Shown: positions 46,475 to 57,005 of the stretch, in pieces
Numbering within the stretch: position 1 is the stretch's first letter
Layout: every line of letters starts with the position of its first letter
From: Minisyncoccota bacterium
GTDB taxonomy: Bacteria > Patescibacteriota > Minisyncoccia > Phycocordibacterales > UBA9973
Direction of reading: 5' to 3'
DNA: 64,000 nt
NCBI GenBank assembly: GCA_028718635.1
Contig: JAQULK010000001.1
Location: forward strand, 607,834-671,833
Position numbers and translations under genes: made by a program
The notes under the pieces: generated by a model
The model's database searches: none
Told to the model about the DNA's origin: nothing
The model's input: only the letters and a program-made list of their open reading frames with translations

Positions 46475-48958
46475 TTATATACAAGCAAGTGATGCAATAC
46501 CATCACCGGCACGAAGGCGCATTATTGTCACTCCTTGAGTTTGACGGCCCAGAGAAGAAATATCTTTTAAAGCTGTCCTGATGACTTGTCCTTTCTTAGA
46601 CATGGCAATTAATTCCAGTTCTTCTCCTGATAAAACCTTTGCCACGATGAGTTTGCCGGTTTTGGAAGTTACTTTGGCTGTTTTCACGCCTGAACCCCCG
46701 CGCTTTTGAACTTTGTATTCTTTTAGAGAAGTCTTTTTACCAAAACCATTTGCGCTCATCGTGAGGAATGCTCCCTGCCTGCCGGCAGGCAGGCCTTTTT
46801 CCATTTCCTTCTTCACGACATCCACACCGATAACCTCATCGCTCTTCCTTAGTCTGATACCACTCACTCCTCCGGCCGTCCTGCCCATCTCGCGCACGTC
46901 GGACTCTTTAAATCTGATCGATTGGCCATTCGCTGTGGCGATCATCACTTCATCCCCTTTTTCTACAGAAAGAGCAGAGACAAGCTGATCATCCTTATCA
47001 AGGCGAATAGCAATAATCCCGCTTCTGCGCACGTCTTTGAAGCTCTCCGAGGACATTTTTTTGGCTGTGCCATCTTTTGTTACCAACATAAGCGAGGAAG
47101 AAGCCTTGGCTAAATCTTTCGGCATTGCCAAGATGGAAGTCACTTTTTCATCAGAAGAAAGAGAAAGAAAATTCATAATGGATTTTCCTTTTGTCGCTCT
47201 CCTGCCCTCGGGAATATCATACATTTTCATTTGATAAACTTTGCCGAGGTTCGTAAAGAAAAGCAGATTGCTGTGGGTAGAGCCGGAAACAAGCTTCGTA
47301 ACAAAATCTTCTTCTTTGGTTTCAAGATCAATTACGCCCACACCTCCCCTTTTTTGGGCATGATATTCAGACGGATCTGTGCATTTTACATAACCGCCGG
47401 CTGTGAGTACGAGCATCGTTTCTTTTTCTGGCACTAGATCTTCGTCAGAAATTTCTTTCACTCCGCCTTTCACTATTCTCGTCCTTCTTTCGTCCGCGTA
47501 TTTTTCGCGGATTTCTTTCAATTCACTGGCAATCACTTTTAATATTTTCTTTGAACTAGCAAGCAAATCTTTCATCGCCTCGATAAACTTTTGTTTTTCT
47601 GCAAGCTCATCTTCTACGGCTTTTCTCTCCAGTCCGGCCAATTTAGCCAATTTCATTTCCAAAATAGCAGTCGCTTGCAAATCTGAAAACTTAAATTCTT
47701 TCATTAAATTCAATTTTGCAAGTTGAGAATTCTTGGATCCGCGGATAATAGTAATCACGCGATCTATCTTGTCTAATGCTTTTTTCAATCCAAGTAAAAT
47801 GTGTTCGCGCTCTTGAGCTTTTTTCAAATCATATGCGGTTCTCCTTTTAACAATCTCTTTTCTATGCTCTATAAATAAGGCTAAAATGGATTTGAGAGAT
47901 AAAGTTTGCGGCACGCCATCCACCAACGCAACCATATTAAAATTAAAATTTGATTCAAGCTGGGTATTTTTATAAATATAATTTAAAACTTTTTCCGGAT
48001 GAGCGCTCGATTTTAAATCGATCACCACTCGGATATCTTTGGTAGATTCATCTCGAAGTCCTTTTATACCTTCAAGTTTTTTCTCTTGAACTAATTCGGC
48101 AATGCTGATTATTAAATTAGCTTTATTTACTCTGAAAGGTAGAGAGGTGATAATAATAGAAAAATTCCCATCTTTTTGTTCTACAATCTCTGCTTCACCT
48201 CTACACACTACTCCGCCTCGCCCTGATCCATATGCATGAAGCATGTCTTTGTATCCATAAGCGATACCGCCAGTAGGAAAATCCGGTCCTTTGACAAATT
48301 GCATCAGATCTTCGGTAGTTGCCTCACTATTTTCAATTAAATAATTTGTAGCATCAAGAATTTCCGCCAAGTTGTGCGAAGGAATATTTGTCGCCATGCC
48401 GACAGCGATACCGAGCGTGCCGTTTAGAAGCAAGGCTGGAACAGCAGAAGGCAAGACTATCGGTTCTTTACGGGTCTGGTCATAGTTTGGACGAAAATCA
48501 ACTGTTTCTTTTTCCAAATCTCTCAATAACTCATTGGAGATCTTCATCATTTTTGCTTCCGTATAACGCATAGCTGCAGCATTATCTCCGTCGATTGAAC
48601 CAAAGTTCCCTTGTCCCCAAATCAAAGGATAGCGATAGGAAAACTCTTGAGCCATTCCAACCATGGTGTCATAAACAGCCGTATCACCATGTGGATGATA
48701 TTTTCCGAGCACATCTCCGACTATCGCCGCGGACTTTCGAAAACGCGCCGAAGAAGTAAGACCCATTTCATTCATGCCAAATAATATTCTGCGATGCACT
48801 GGTTTCAATCCGTCTCGAACATCCGGCAAAGCGCGCGAAGTGATGACTGTCATCGCGTAGGCGATATACGACTCTTTCATCTCTGCCACGATATCAACCG
48901 GCAAAATGCTATCTGCTCTTATTTCTTCGTTTAATTCTGGTGTAGACTTTTTTGCCAT
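46475..48958 (-). CDS. gyrA: DNA gyrase subunit A, with an in-frame palindromic insertion
   Basis: [26 protein letters not shown], the AMRYTEAKM active-site tyrosine region, C-terminal beta-pinwheel repeats. GLPAGRQ is encoded by the palindrome at 46774-46793. Confidence 0.85.
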   Translation of the reverse strand: MAKKSTPELNEEIRADSILPVDIVAEMKESYIAYAMTVITSRALPDVRDGLKPVHRRILFGMNEMGLTSSARFRKSAAIVGDVLGKYHPHGDTAVYDTMVGMAQEFSYRYPLIWGQGNFGSIDGDNAAAMRYTEAKMMKISNELLRDLEKETVDFRPNYDQTRKEPIVLPSAVPALLLNGTLGIAVGMATNIPSHNLAEILDATNYLIENSEATTEDLMQFVKGPDFPTGGIAYGYKDMLHAYGSGRGGVVCRGEAEIVEQKDGNFSIIITSLPFRVNKANLIISIAELVQEKKLEGIKGLRDESTKDIRVVIDLKSSAHPEKVLNYIYKNTQLESNFNFNMVALVDGVPQTLSLKSILALFIEHRKEIVKRRTAYDLKKAQEREHILLGLKKALDKIDRVITIIRGSKNSQLAKLNLMKEFKFSDLQATAILEMKLAKLAGLERKAVEDELAEKQKFIEAMKDLLASSKKILKVIASELKEIREKYADERRTRIVKGGVKEISDEDLVPEKETMLVLTAGGYVKCTDPSEYHAQKRGGVGVIDLETKEEDFVTKLVSGSTHSNLLFFTNLGKVYQMKMYDIPEGRRATKGKSIMNFLSLSSDEKVTSILAMPKDLAKASSSLMLVTKDGTAKKMSSESFKDVRRSGIIAIRLDKDDQLVSALSVEKGDEVMIATANGQSIRFKESDVREMGRTAGGVSGIRLRKSDEVIGVDVVKKEMEKGLPAGRQGAFLTMSANGFGKKTSLKEYKVQKRGGSGVKTAKVTSKTGKLIVAKVLSGEELELIAMSKKGQVIRTALKDISSLGRQTQGVTIMRLRAGDGIASLACI

Positions 48959-49182
48959 TTGATTATTGGATTGGTTGGGTAATATCGTCTTTTAAAATTG
49001 AAAACGGTTTTAAATCTTGAAGCATTTTTGTTTGAGTGTCTGTGTCCGTCAAATTTGTTCCTAAAGAATAAATCCAAAATAAAAATAAAACAATTGCACA
49101 GATAATTATCGTAATGTGCAAAATATGTCTCTTAATGTGTTCAGGCTGTTTCCTTATGTGATGAATTACTCTTTTCATAACT

Positions 49183-49830
49183 TTATATTGGTTGCAAGAT
49201 TATCACTTCCCCTTCTTTGTTATCTAAATCTTTTCTCTTTAAGGTCAACTTGTCCACCACTTGCGCTTTTTCTTCGCCTATCTCTTTTAAAAATACTTTC
49301 AAGGTATTCTCGTCATAGTCCATCGGAATTATTAATCTCGGCTCAAGGGACGATGCAAGTTTGGCTGCCATCTTTGCATCCAATAAGCCTCCCTCTTTCC
49401 CTTTTCCCCCCACGGGGATGAAAAGAATATCTGGACTGCTCAATGACTCGCGGGACTCTTTGGAAAGTTCTCCTTCTGACAAAGCTCCTAAAAAGGTAAT
49501 ATTAATATTGTCTACAGAAAGAGAATAAATAGTATTAATATATTTCTTTCCGGCAATCAATGAATGCGACAAGAGACCTTTGATAAAAATCTCTTTTATT
49601 TCATAATCTCCCGGTCCGTTGATAACAAAAGGCGTTCGCTCGCCATGGCTTAATTGTTCTATACCGTTATAGTCAGGATGATTGGTAGTTACCAAAGCGA
49701 CATCTGCGCCAAAATGCGCCGGTGCGTTGATTTTTGAATTCTTACTTATGGGATTAAAAGCGAGCACCATCTCCCCTTGCTGTATTTTAAAAAATTGGCG
49801 TCCGTTGTATGTGATTATCATTATTTGCAT
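49183..49830 (-). CDS. MBL-fold metal-dependent hydrolase (UlaG-like)
   Basis: VTTNHPDYNG ... IPMDY pattern typical of the small MBL hydrolases. Confidence 0.55.
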   Translation of the reverse strand: MQIMIITYNGRQFFKIQQGEMVLAFNPISKNSKINAPAHFGADVALVTTNHPDYNGIEQLSHGERTPFVINGPGDYEIKEIFIKGLLSHSLIAGKKYINTIYSLSVDNINITFLGALSEGELSKESRESLSSPDILFIPVGGKGKEGGLLDAKMAAKLASSLEPRLIIPMDYDENTLKVFLKEIGEEKAQVVDKLTLKRKDLDNKEGEVIILQPI

Positions 49831-49877
49831 TCTAACATAATTTTTGCTATATTGGAAATATTATCAGCCAGTTGGCT

Positions 49878-49973
49878 GATCCGCCTACTGGCGGAAAAGC
49901 ATGGATTTAGGGTAACCTTTTGACAAGTTGTCAAAAAACCTAGACCTTATATCCGCTTAAAGGCGGATTTTTT
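49878..49973 (+). promoter_or_regulatory. rpsA leader: 15-bp perfect palindrome TTGACAAGTTGTCAA flanked by two similar hairpins, the second followed by a T-run
   Basis: ATCCGCC TACTG GCGGA (49878-49895), TTGACAAGTTGTCAA (49919-49933), ATCCGC TTAAAG GCGGAT plus TTTTTT (49951-49973), immediately upstream of the S1 start. Confidence 0.4.
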
Positions 49974-49979
49974 AATTAT

Positions 49980-51056
49980 ATGGAAAACGAAGAAATAAAA
50001 GAAAATTTAGTGTTGAATTCGGTCGTAGATCGCAGTGCCAACAAACCGGAAATTGATTCTCTTGTAGAGGGTCCGGTAATTTTAATAGCAAAATCTTCAG
50101 TATATGTGGATTTGGCGCCCTTTGGTATAGGTATTATTTATGGCCGAGAATTTATTAATGCAAAGGATGTCATAAACAAGATCAACCTTGGCGACATTAT
50201 CAAGGCAAAAATTGTCGAAACAGAAAATGAAAACGGCTATACCGAACTTTCCTTAAAAGAAGCAAGACAAGCTCTGGCTTGGAGTGAAGCTGAGAAAGCT
50301 ATCAAATCAAAAACAATTTTAAATTTAGAAGTAAAAGATGCGAACAAAGGAGGCCTCATTTTGGAATGGCAAGGCATCCAAGGGTTCCTGCCTGCTTCCC
50401 AGCTTAAAGCAGATCATTATCCTAGAGTGTTAGATTCAGATAAAGACAAAATATTAAAAGAATTGAAGAAACTTGTCGGAGAACATATTTCTGTAATGAT
50501 TATTTCCACGCTTCCAAAAGAAGGAAAATTAATCTTTTCTGAAAAAGACAATAATCCTGAAGAGAAAAAAGAGATTTTGAGCAAATACAATGTCGGAGAC
50601 AATTTAGACTGCACCGTTGCGGGTATTGTCGATTTCGGCGTCTTCCTGAAATTAGAAGACGGGTTAGAGGGGCTTGTTCATATTTCCGAACTTGATTGGG
50701 GATTAGTTGAGGATCCAAGAAATATTTTCAAAGTTGGAGATAAAGTGAAAGCTAAAGTAATTGAAATCAAGGACGGCAAAATCTCTCTTTCAATTAAGGC
50801 TCTAAAAGAAAATCCATGGAAAGAGTTTGAAGGAAAATTGAAAAAAGGAGACATTATCAAAGGAGTAGTTATCAAATACAACAAACACGGCGCACTCGTA
50901 TCTATAAAAGAAGGCGTCGCAGGGCTTGTACACAACTCAACCTTTGCTTCCGAGGCCAAACTTCGCGAGAAATTAGAGCTTGGAAAAACTTACAATTTCC
51001 AAATTACCCTCTTTGAACCAAAAGATCAAAAAATGACGTTGATATATTTGGAATAA
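49980..51056 (+). CDS. rpsA: 30S ribosomal protein S1 (four S1 domains)
   Basis: Repeated S1 OB-fold motifs (G..V.G.V......G.FV....G..GL.H.SE). Confidence 0.75.
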   Translation: MENEEIKENLVLNSVVDRSANKPEIDSLVEGPVILIAKSSVYVDLAPFGIGIIYGREFINAKDVINKINLGDIIKAKIVETENENGYTELSLKEARQALAWSEAEKAIKSKTILNLEVKDANKGGLILEWQGIQGFLPASQLKADHYPRVLDSDKDKILKELKKLVGEHISVMIISTLPKEGKLIFSEKDNNPEEKKEILSKYNVGDNLDCTVAGIVDFGVFLKLEDGLEGLVHISELDWGLVEDPRNIFKVGDKVKAKVIEIKDGKISLSIKALKENPWKEFEGKLKKGDIIKGVVIKYNKHGALVSIKEGVAGLVHNSTFASEAKLREKLELGKTYNFQITLFEPKDQKMTLIYLE

Positions 51057-51066
51057 AAAAGGATAA

Positions 51067-51100
51067 AAAACTGCCCCGACTTAAGTCGGGGCAGTTTTTT
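51067..51100. terminator. Bidirectional rho-independent terminator
   Basis: AAAACTGCCCCGAC TTAA GTCGGGGCAGTTTT followed by TTT. Confidence 0.7.
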
Positions 51101-51740
51101 ATGTAGTTGAATTTTGGGTGACCATCGCTAGATCTTCATCTCCGATATCTTTCATTATAGATATAACCTGATCAGCGTATTTAGGAATTATAGAAGGTGG
51201 ATTATAAGCATGAAGGATTCCTTTAGTAGTTTTATCGTCATAGTGTTTGGCAGTCTTTGGGTTATTTCCACCTAAATTTTTAGCAACGGTTTCAATAGCT
51301 CCATCAACTGATTTGAAACCAATCTTGCATGACCCCCAGCCAAAAGGATTATTTTCTACTTTTTTACACTTGAATTTTCCTCCAGTAGATTCTCGCACCG
51401 CGATAGACGGCAACAAACGCCAGTCGAGGTCGTTCTTTTCCGCCTCTTCTACCATTTTCATACCAGTTCCTTCAAGTGGCATATCGTGCTCGGCAAAATA
51501 TGCATCAATAGCATCAGCCTTTTGCTGTCGTGCTAAGATCTTATCATCCACTTTTGGGTCTTCCTTAAGATCAATAACCTGATTAAAAGCTAGAGTTCCT
51601 TTGGATTCAATATTAACTTTTTTGACCAACACGTTTTGAGAAGTCTCAATATTATGAATGCCAGATATAGAGATTGGCATAATCACAACAGGCAAAAGCA
51701 CTAAAGACTGTGCAAAACGTATTAGATTGTTTTTTTTCAT
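51099..51740 (-). CDS. Secreted peptidoglycan hydrolase-like protein (GH73 glucosaminidase-like)
   Basis: Signal peptide; IAVRESTGGKF...NNPFGWG resembles the glucosaminidase AALESGWG...NNLFG motifs. Confidence 0.35.
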   Translation of the reverse strand: MKKNNLIRFAQSLVLLPVVIMPISISGIHNIETSQNVLVKKVNIESKGTLAFNQVIDLKEDPKVDDKILARQQKADAIDAYFAEHDMPLEGTGMKMVEEAEKNDLDWRLLPSIAVRESTGGKFKCKKVENNPFGWGSCKIGFKSVDGAIETVAKNLGGNNPKTAKHYDDKTTKGILHAYNPPSIIPKYADQVISIMKDIGDEDLAMVTQNSTT

Positions 51741-51973
51741 ATTATAGCGGTATTTGCTCCGCCAACACCTCTACTGTCTACTTCAGCCAAACTTTGACTT
51801 ACGCGTTTATAATATCATTAGTCTTAGTAAAAGTCAATAGTTATGCAACATTTTTGTCATATGTCAAATCAAAAATACCTTGTAAAATAAGGATATAATG
51901 GAATATACCTATTGACAAAAAGGACTAAAAATAGGATAATTAAGGACTTGTGGACAACTTTTTTGCCCCGACC

Positions 51974-53263
51974 TTAAAGTCGGGGTCCCGATACAAGGTC
52001 GGGAAATACTTTCTCAGCAACTTTATACGCTTCTCCTGCTCCCATTGTCACAAATACGTCATTTTCACCTAATTTCATCCTACTTACCCTCTCTTCTGCT
52101 TCAGTAAAACTGCTAAAAGCGGTTACTTCTCCGCGGTGCGTACGCATTGCTATGGCTAATTTCTCACTAGAAACCTCTTGATCAGGATTTTCACGGGCAA
52201 AATAGATTGGTAAAAGCAAAACGTTGTCAGCATCATCAAAACAAGTCACAAATTCATCAAAAAGGGCTTTGGTTCGGCTATAAAGATGCGGTTGAAAGAG
52301 AACTGTGATTCTTTTCCCTGCCTGTCCGGTAGGCAGGTGCCCTTTTGGATACAGCTCTCGCAAAGCTTCTAGACTTGCCTTTACTTCCGTAGGATGATGG
52401 GCGTAATCGTCATAAATGATTGTTCCTTCTTTTGTTACACCCTTTTTCTCTAACCGTCGCCACGTGCCTGTAAATTCTGAAAGAGACTTTTGTGCTATTT
52501 CTTCTTTGATGCCCAAAAGGTCGGCTACCGCCAGGGCTGCTGCCGCATCCATTCTGTTGTGCTGTCCTGGAACTAAAAGCTTCGGAACTTTGTCTAAATA
52601 TTTACTATAATCTGAAATCACTTTCTCACTCTGTTTTTCAAGTTGTTTAAAGGCGCTTTTAATGTCTTCTAGATCTTTATAATAATCCAAATGATCTGCT
52701 TCAATATTCGTAATCACTAAAATTTTTGGTTTAATGTTTAAAAAAGCTCTTTTATATTCACAAGCTTCCACCACAAAATACTTACTTCTTCCAATGATTA
52801 AATTTGATTTACTTTCTTTTAGTAAAGACCCGACAATTACCGAAGGGTCCAATTTTGCGTCCAGTAATATTTTGCCAATCATTGCTGTAGTGGTGGTCTT
52901 GCCATGAGTACCAGAAACTGCAATGGTGTACTTATTAGAAGTCACGATACCTAATGCCTCTGGATAACTTAATTTTTTAACTCCAGAATTATTTAATTCA
53001 GTAAAAAACTTCGGGTCATATTGAGCAACTGAAAGCGAAAATATAACCAATTCAACATCTTTTGGAATCAATTCCATCGCTTGACCCAAAGTTATTTTAG
53101 CTCCGAGCCTTTGGAGCTCGTCAGTTATTCCACTCATTGAGATGTCTGACCCAAAGACATCTTTCCCTTCCAAAAGCATCATTCGTGCAATAGCCGATAT
53201 GCCGATCCCCCCGATTCCCACAAAAAATACTTTTTTAATTTTTGATAAATCAAATTTTTCCAT
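51974..53263 (-). CDS. murC: UDP-N-acetylmuramate--L-alanine ligase, with an in-frame palindromic insertion
   Basis: VFFVGIGGIGISAIARMM, the Mur ligase ATP site GTHGKTTTTAMI, C-terminal domain. HLPTGQAGK is encoded by the palindrome at 52317-52337. Confidence 0.85.
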   Translation of the reverse strand: MEKFDLSKIKKVFFVGIGGIGISAIARMMLLEGKDVFGSDISMSGITDELQRLGAKITLGQAMELIPKDVELVIFSLSVAQYDPKFFTELNNSGVKKLSYPEALGIVTSNKYTIAVSGTHGKTTTTAMIGKILLDAKLDPSVIVGSLLKESKSNLIIGRSKYFVVEACEYKRAFLNIKPKILVITNIEADHLDYYKDLEDIKSAFKQLEKQSEKVISDYSKYLDKVPKLLVPGQHNRMDAAAALAVADLLGIKEEIAQKSLSEFTGTWRRLEKKGVTKEGTIIYDDYAHHPTEVKASLEALRELYPKGHLPTGQAGKRITVLFQPHLYSRTKALFDEFVTCFDDADNVLLLPIYFARENPDQEVSSEKLAIAMRTHRGEVTAFSSFTEAEERVSRMKLGENDVFVTMGAGEAYKVAEKVFPDLVSGPRL

Positions 53264-55697
53264 ATTTTTTCACTAAATTTTTAAACAAATCCCCTTTTTC
53301 TTCAAAATTTTTCCAAAGAGAATAAGAGGGTGACGCGGTAGATAAAAGACAAACCTTTCCTTTGGGTGTATTTTTAAAAGCAAACTTAACTGCTTCCTCC
53401 ATACTTCGTGTTTCTAAAATTTTGAAACCTTTTTTTGACCTCAAAATTCTTTTACCAGTATCAGGAAATAATACTATGTTTTTTATATAACTCTTTCTCA
53501 AAACTTTTTCCAATTCATTAAAATGATAGCCGCGGTCCTCTCCTCCGAGAAAAATCGTAGTAGTATTTGGAAGAGCTTGAATAGCTGCAATGGTGGACTC
53601 CGGAGTAGTAGAGATAGCATCATCGTAAAATTTTATCCCCTTAAATTCTCCTACGTATTCAAGACGATGCGATAAACCCTTAAAATTAGCAACTGTTTTT
53701 TTTATTACACTATCAGAAATATTAAACAACTTAGCGACTTTTACCGATACTTTTATATTTTCTAAATTATGTTTTCCGAGAAGAGATATTTCAGACTTTT
53801 TGAATATAATTTTAGAAGTAAAAGGCGGACAGAGAGCAATGTCTCCAGGCTTTTGGAATTTAAAAATATTATTTTTAGCTTGATAGTAATTTTCCACTCC
53901 TCTGTGGTAATTCATATGTTCTGGAAATAAATTTAAGAGCACGGCTACATTCGGTGAATATTCTATGTCTTCCAGCATATAACTTGAAAGCTCTATCACA
54001 AAAATTTCATCAGGCTTTGGAGAGTCAAGTAATGCTCCAAGCATTGGGTTGCCTATATTGCCCAATAGGCGAACTTTTTTACCAGATTTTTTAAAAATTT
54101 CATATATCAAACTCGTTGTTGTGCTTTTCCCTTTGCTCCCAGTAATTCCAATAGTAAAATTTTTATTTTTAGAAAAGAAAATATTTGTAGCAGTAGTATA
54201 AGTAATTTTTACTTTATCTTTTGGAATACCTGGAGTTTTAATTGCAAAATCATATTCACTTTGTTTTTCAAGATAATTCTTATCAATGCTCTGATCTAGA
54301 ATTCCGATTTTTAATTCAGGGTAATTTTTCTTTAGATATTTTTCTGTTACTTTACCTTCTTTGCCATAACCGAGAATACACACATTCTTTAAGCCAAGCA
54401 ATTTAAATTGCGTAGGTAATGTAGGAGCGCTATAAGTTTTGAATACTTTTGGAATAATTTTCTCAACATCTTTTACCAAAGGAAGTAAATTTTTCACAAC
54501 AATATCTTCCCCAAAACCTTTTTTCGAAGCTAAATGTAGAGCAACTTGAGATTCATCAAATGTTCCAACACAATCAAAAGGTTTCATTTTTCCAAAACCA
54601 AGAATATCTCTATATAAAGATAAAAGTTTCTCATCAGCGAGTAAATTCTTACCAAAAATTTTAATCAATTTTTTTTTTTCAACAAAAGGCGTAAACATTA
54701 AAAAAACAAATAAACATTTAGGGCACTCCCCACACCAAAGAGAGATTGGGCGAGATTTAAAAATTCTAAAGTTTCTATTACAACTAGAAAATAGAGGGAA
54801 ATATTTTTTATGTTGAGCAAACATTTTTGCAATTCTAATTTCATGAAACTGACGAAGCAGAGAAAAATAAACAATATCTGGAGTAATGAATGTCCTAACA
54901 TATTCCTGAAATAATGATTCAAATTCAGCGGACTTACTCCATTGATGATTAATCACTTCACCTTTGTATTTTATATTGCCAAAATTACTGCTGAATTCAT
55001 TACCTACGACAACATATTCATATTCATACAAGAAAGCCGATAAAATTCCTAAAAATGCAAAAACTGCTGAAACTGGAATATGTCCATTATAAGATCCTTC
55101 ATATTCCTTAAAAATTTTTGGGTCGAGAATTCTTTTTATGATAAACGAAGACTTATTGGATTCTTCAATAATTCTATTAGAAATCAAATCGGGACGCCCT
55201 GCTTCAACTAAGAATAAAGAAGTCTTAAAATTCTTTAAAAGTTCCATGGCAACAATAGAATCTTTGCCACCACCTATTCCAAGTAAAATAGAATTATTTG
55301 TTTCTATACGTACAGTTTTAGTCTTTTTATTTTTATATGGAAACTTTGCTAGTTTTTGAGAATCTAGTTTATTTCTATATAAAAATTCTCCAAGGCCTTT
55401 CTGATAAACAGTATTCCAAAACTCAGCTTCTTCTTTCGAAAGTTCAAAAAGGGTTGAAATTTTTGGTGGACAATATAATTTATAATAACTGATCCCTAAA
55501 ATTAAACTCAAAGGCTCAAGAAACTTATGAATCTCTTTTTTTTTTAGATTCTTTGAAATCTTAGGTAAAATTATGATTTCAGAGAAATTTATAGGTTCAC
55601 AATTATAAAATTCTATGCTGTATTTAAAGATTATTTCTGCCCTTTCTGAATAAATCTGATAACCAATAAACTTAAAAGTTTTAGCTTTTGGAGCCAT
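53250..55697 (-). CDS. murD: Fusion protein: N-terminal ~400-aa PP-loop (adenine-nucleotide alpha-hydrolase-like) domain plus C-terminal MurD (UDP-MurNAc-L-Ala--Glu ligase)
   Basis: N-terminus ILLGIGGGKDSIVAMELL (PP-loop SGGxDS-like) and CGECPKC. C-terminal half: GITGSKGKSTTTSLI, NLENI, GGEDRG Mur-ligase motifs. A single uninterrupted ORF. Confidence 0.6.
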   Translation of the reverse strand: MAPKAKTFKFIGYQIYSERAEIIFKYSIEFYNCEPINFSEIIILPKISKNLKKKEIHKFLEPLSLILGISYYKLYCPPKISTLFELSKEEAEFWNTVYQKGLGEFLYRNKLDSQKLAKFPYKNKKTKTVRIETNNSILLGIGGGKDSIVAMELLKNFKTSLFLVEAGRPDLISNRIIEESNKSSFIIKRILDPKIFKEYEGSYNGHIPVSAVFAFLGILSAFLYEYEYVVVGNEFSSNFGNIKYKGEVINHQWSKSAEFESLFQEYVRTFITPDIVYFSLLRQFHEIRIAKMFAQHKKYFPLFSSCNRNFRIFKSRPISLWCGECPKCLFVFLMFTPFVEKKKLIKIFGKNLLADEKLLSLYRDILGFGKMKPFDCVGTFDESQVALHLASKKGFGEDIVVKNLLPLVKDVEKIIPKVFKTYSAPTLPTQFKLLGLKNVCILGYGKEGKVTEKYLKKNYPELKIGILDQSIDKNYLEKQSEYDFAIKTPGIPKDKVKITYTTATNIFFSKNKNFTIGITGSKGKSTTTSLIYEIFKKSGKKVRLLGNIGNPMLGALLDSPKPDEIFVIELSSYMLEDIEYSPNVAVLLNLFPEHMNYHRGVENYYQAKNNIFKFQKPGDIALCPPFTSKIIFKKSEISLLGKHNLENIKVSVKVAKLFNISDSVIKKTVANFKGLSHRLEYVGEFKGIKFYDDAISTTPESTIAAIQALPNTTTIFLGGEDRGYHFNELEKVLRKSYIKNIVLFPDTGKRILRSKKGFKILETRSMEEAVKFAFKNTPKGKVCLLSTASPSYSLWKNFEEKGDLFKNLVKKYGKI

Positions 55698-55718
55698 AAA
55701 ACCATATTAGCATAAGAT

Positions 55719-57005
55719 TTATTGAAATGCTTTCTTAAGCTCTTCCATATCATCAAAATGATGTTTTATTCCTTTTATTTCTTGATAGTCCTCGTGTCCT
55801 TTGCCGGCGGAAAGTATAATGTCACCCACTTTCGCAATTCTAACTGCTTCCTTTATTGCTTCATGTCGATTAGTTATAGTTTTTACTTTTTCTAAAAGTT
55901 CGGGAGATAAGCATTCTTTCATTTGTTCAATGATTTTGTCTGGATCTTCGCTTCTAGGATTGTCAGAAGTAAAAATTGCAATATCAGAAAGCGTTGCCCC
56001 GATATGACCCATGATTCTTCTTTTTGTCGAATCTCTGTCGCCTCCACATCCAAATATAGAAATTACCTTGCCCTCTTTTGGTTTTATCTCTTTTATAGCC
56101 ATCAAAATTTTCTCTAAAGCATCGGGCGTATGCGCATAATCCACAATTACTGAAACTCCATTCGGAGACACAAAATGCTCAAAACGTCCACGGGGAGGCT
56201 CAATATTTTCTAAAATCTTTTTTACTTTATCCATATCAAAACCCAAGAGTTCACTCGCACTCCACACTGAGAGTAAGTTGTAAGCATTAAACTTACCAAG
56301 AAGTTTTGAACTAACTTCTATTCCATTAAAATTCAAAACCGAACCGGAAAAATCTATTTTAGAAATTTCTCCGTGAAAATCTTCTCCGCCTTTGAATCCA
56401 TAAGATACTTTCCCAGTTTTTATTTCTTCAAGCATCCTCTCTCCGTATTCATCGTCAGTATTAGAAAGGGCAAAAGCGTGAAGTGGAAGCATCTTAAAGA
56501 ATTTCTTTTTTGCTCCAAAATAATTCTCAAAATTTTTATGATAATCTAAATGATCGTGAGTCAGATTGGTAAAAATTCCTCCGGCAAAATTTATTCCTGC
56601 TACTCTTTTTTGATCAAGCGCATGCGAACTCACTTCCATAAATACATATTCGCACCCTTTCTCTGACATTTTATTTAATAATTTATATAAATTTATCGGG
56701 TCAGGGGTCGTTCCCGGTACTGGTCTGCCTTCTTCGGAAAGAACCACGTCTCCATTTATTATATTTTCTACAGTACTAATAAGACCTGCTTTATAGCCAA
56801 GACCTATCGCTATTTTATAAAGAAGGGTAGCTGTGGTCGTTTTGCCATTTGTCCCCGTTACCCCAGCAATCTTCATTTTTTTAGAAGGATTGCCATAAAA
56901 ATGCATCCCTGCCAATAATGCAATTCCCCGCCTCTTTAATTTTAGATTTTTAACTATGTTTTGCATTAGTGGATACGTTCTCTTTTTTCTTCTCCAGTGG
57001 GACAA
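55719..57005 (-). CDS. murE: UDP-MurNAc-tripeptide synthetase MurE
   Basis: IAGVTGTNGKTTTATLL, DYAHTPDAL, GCGGDRD motifs. Confidence 0.8.
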   Translation of the reverse strand: MSHWRRKKRTYPLMQNIVKNLKLKRRGIALLAGMHFYGNPSKKMKIAGVTGTNGKTTTATLLYKIAIGLGYKAGLISTVENIINGDVVLSEEGRPVPGTTPDPINLYKLLNKMSEKGCEYVFMEVSSHALDQKRVAGINFAGGIFTNLTHDHLDYHKNFENYFGAKKKFFKMLPLHAFALSNTDDEYGERMLEEIKTGKVSYGFKGGEDFHGEISKIDFSGSVLNFNGIEVSSKLLGKFNAYNLLSVWSASELLGFDMDKVKKILENIEPPRGRFEHFVSPNGVSVIVDYAHTPDALEKILMAIKEIKPKEGKVISIFGCGGDRDSTKRRIMGHIGATLSDIAIFTSDNPRSEDPDKIIEQMKECLSPELLEKVKTITNRHEAIKEAVRIAKVGDIILSAGKGHEDYQEIKGIKHHFDDMEELKKAFQ

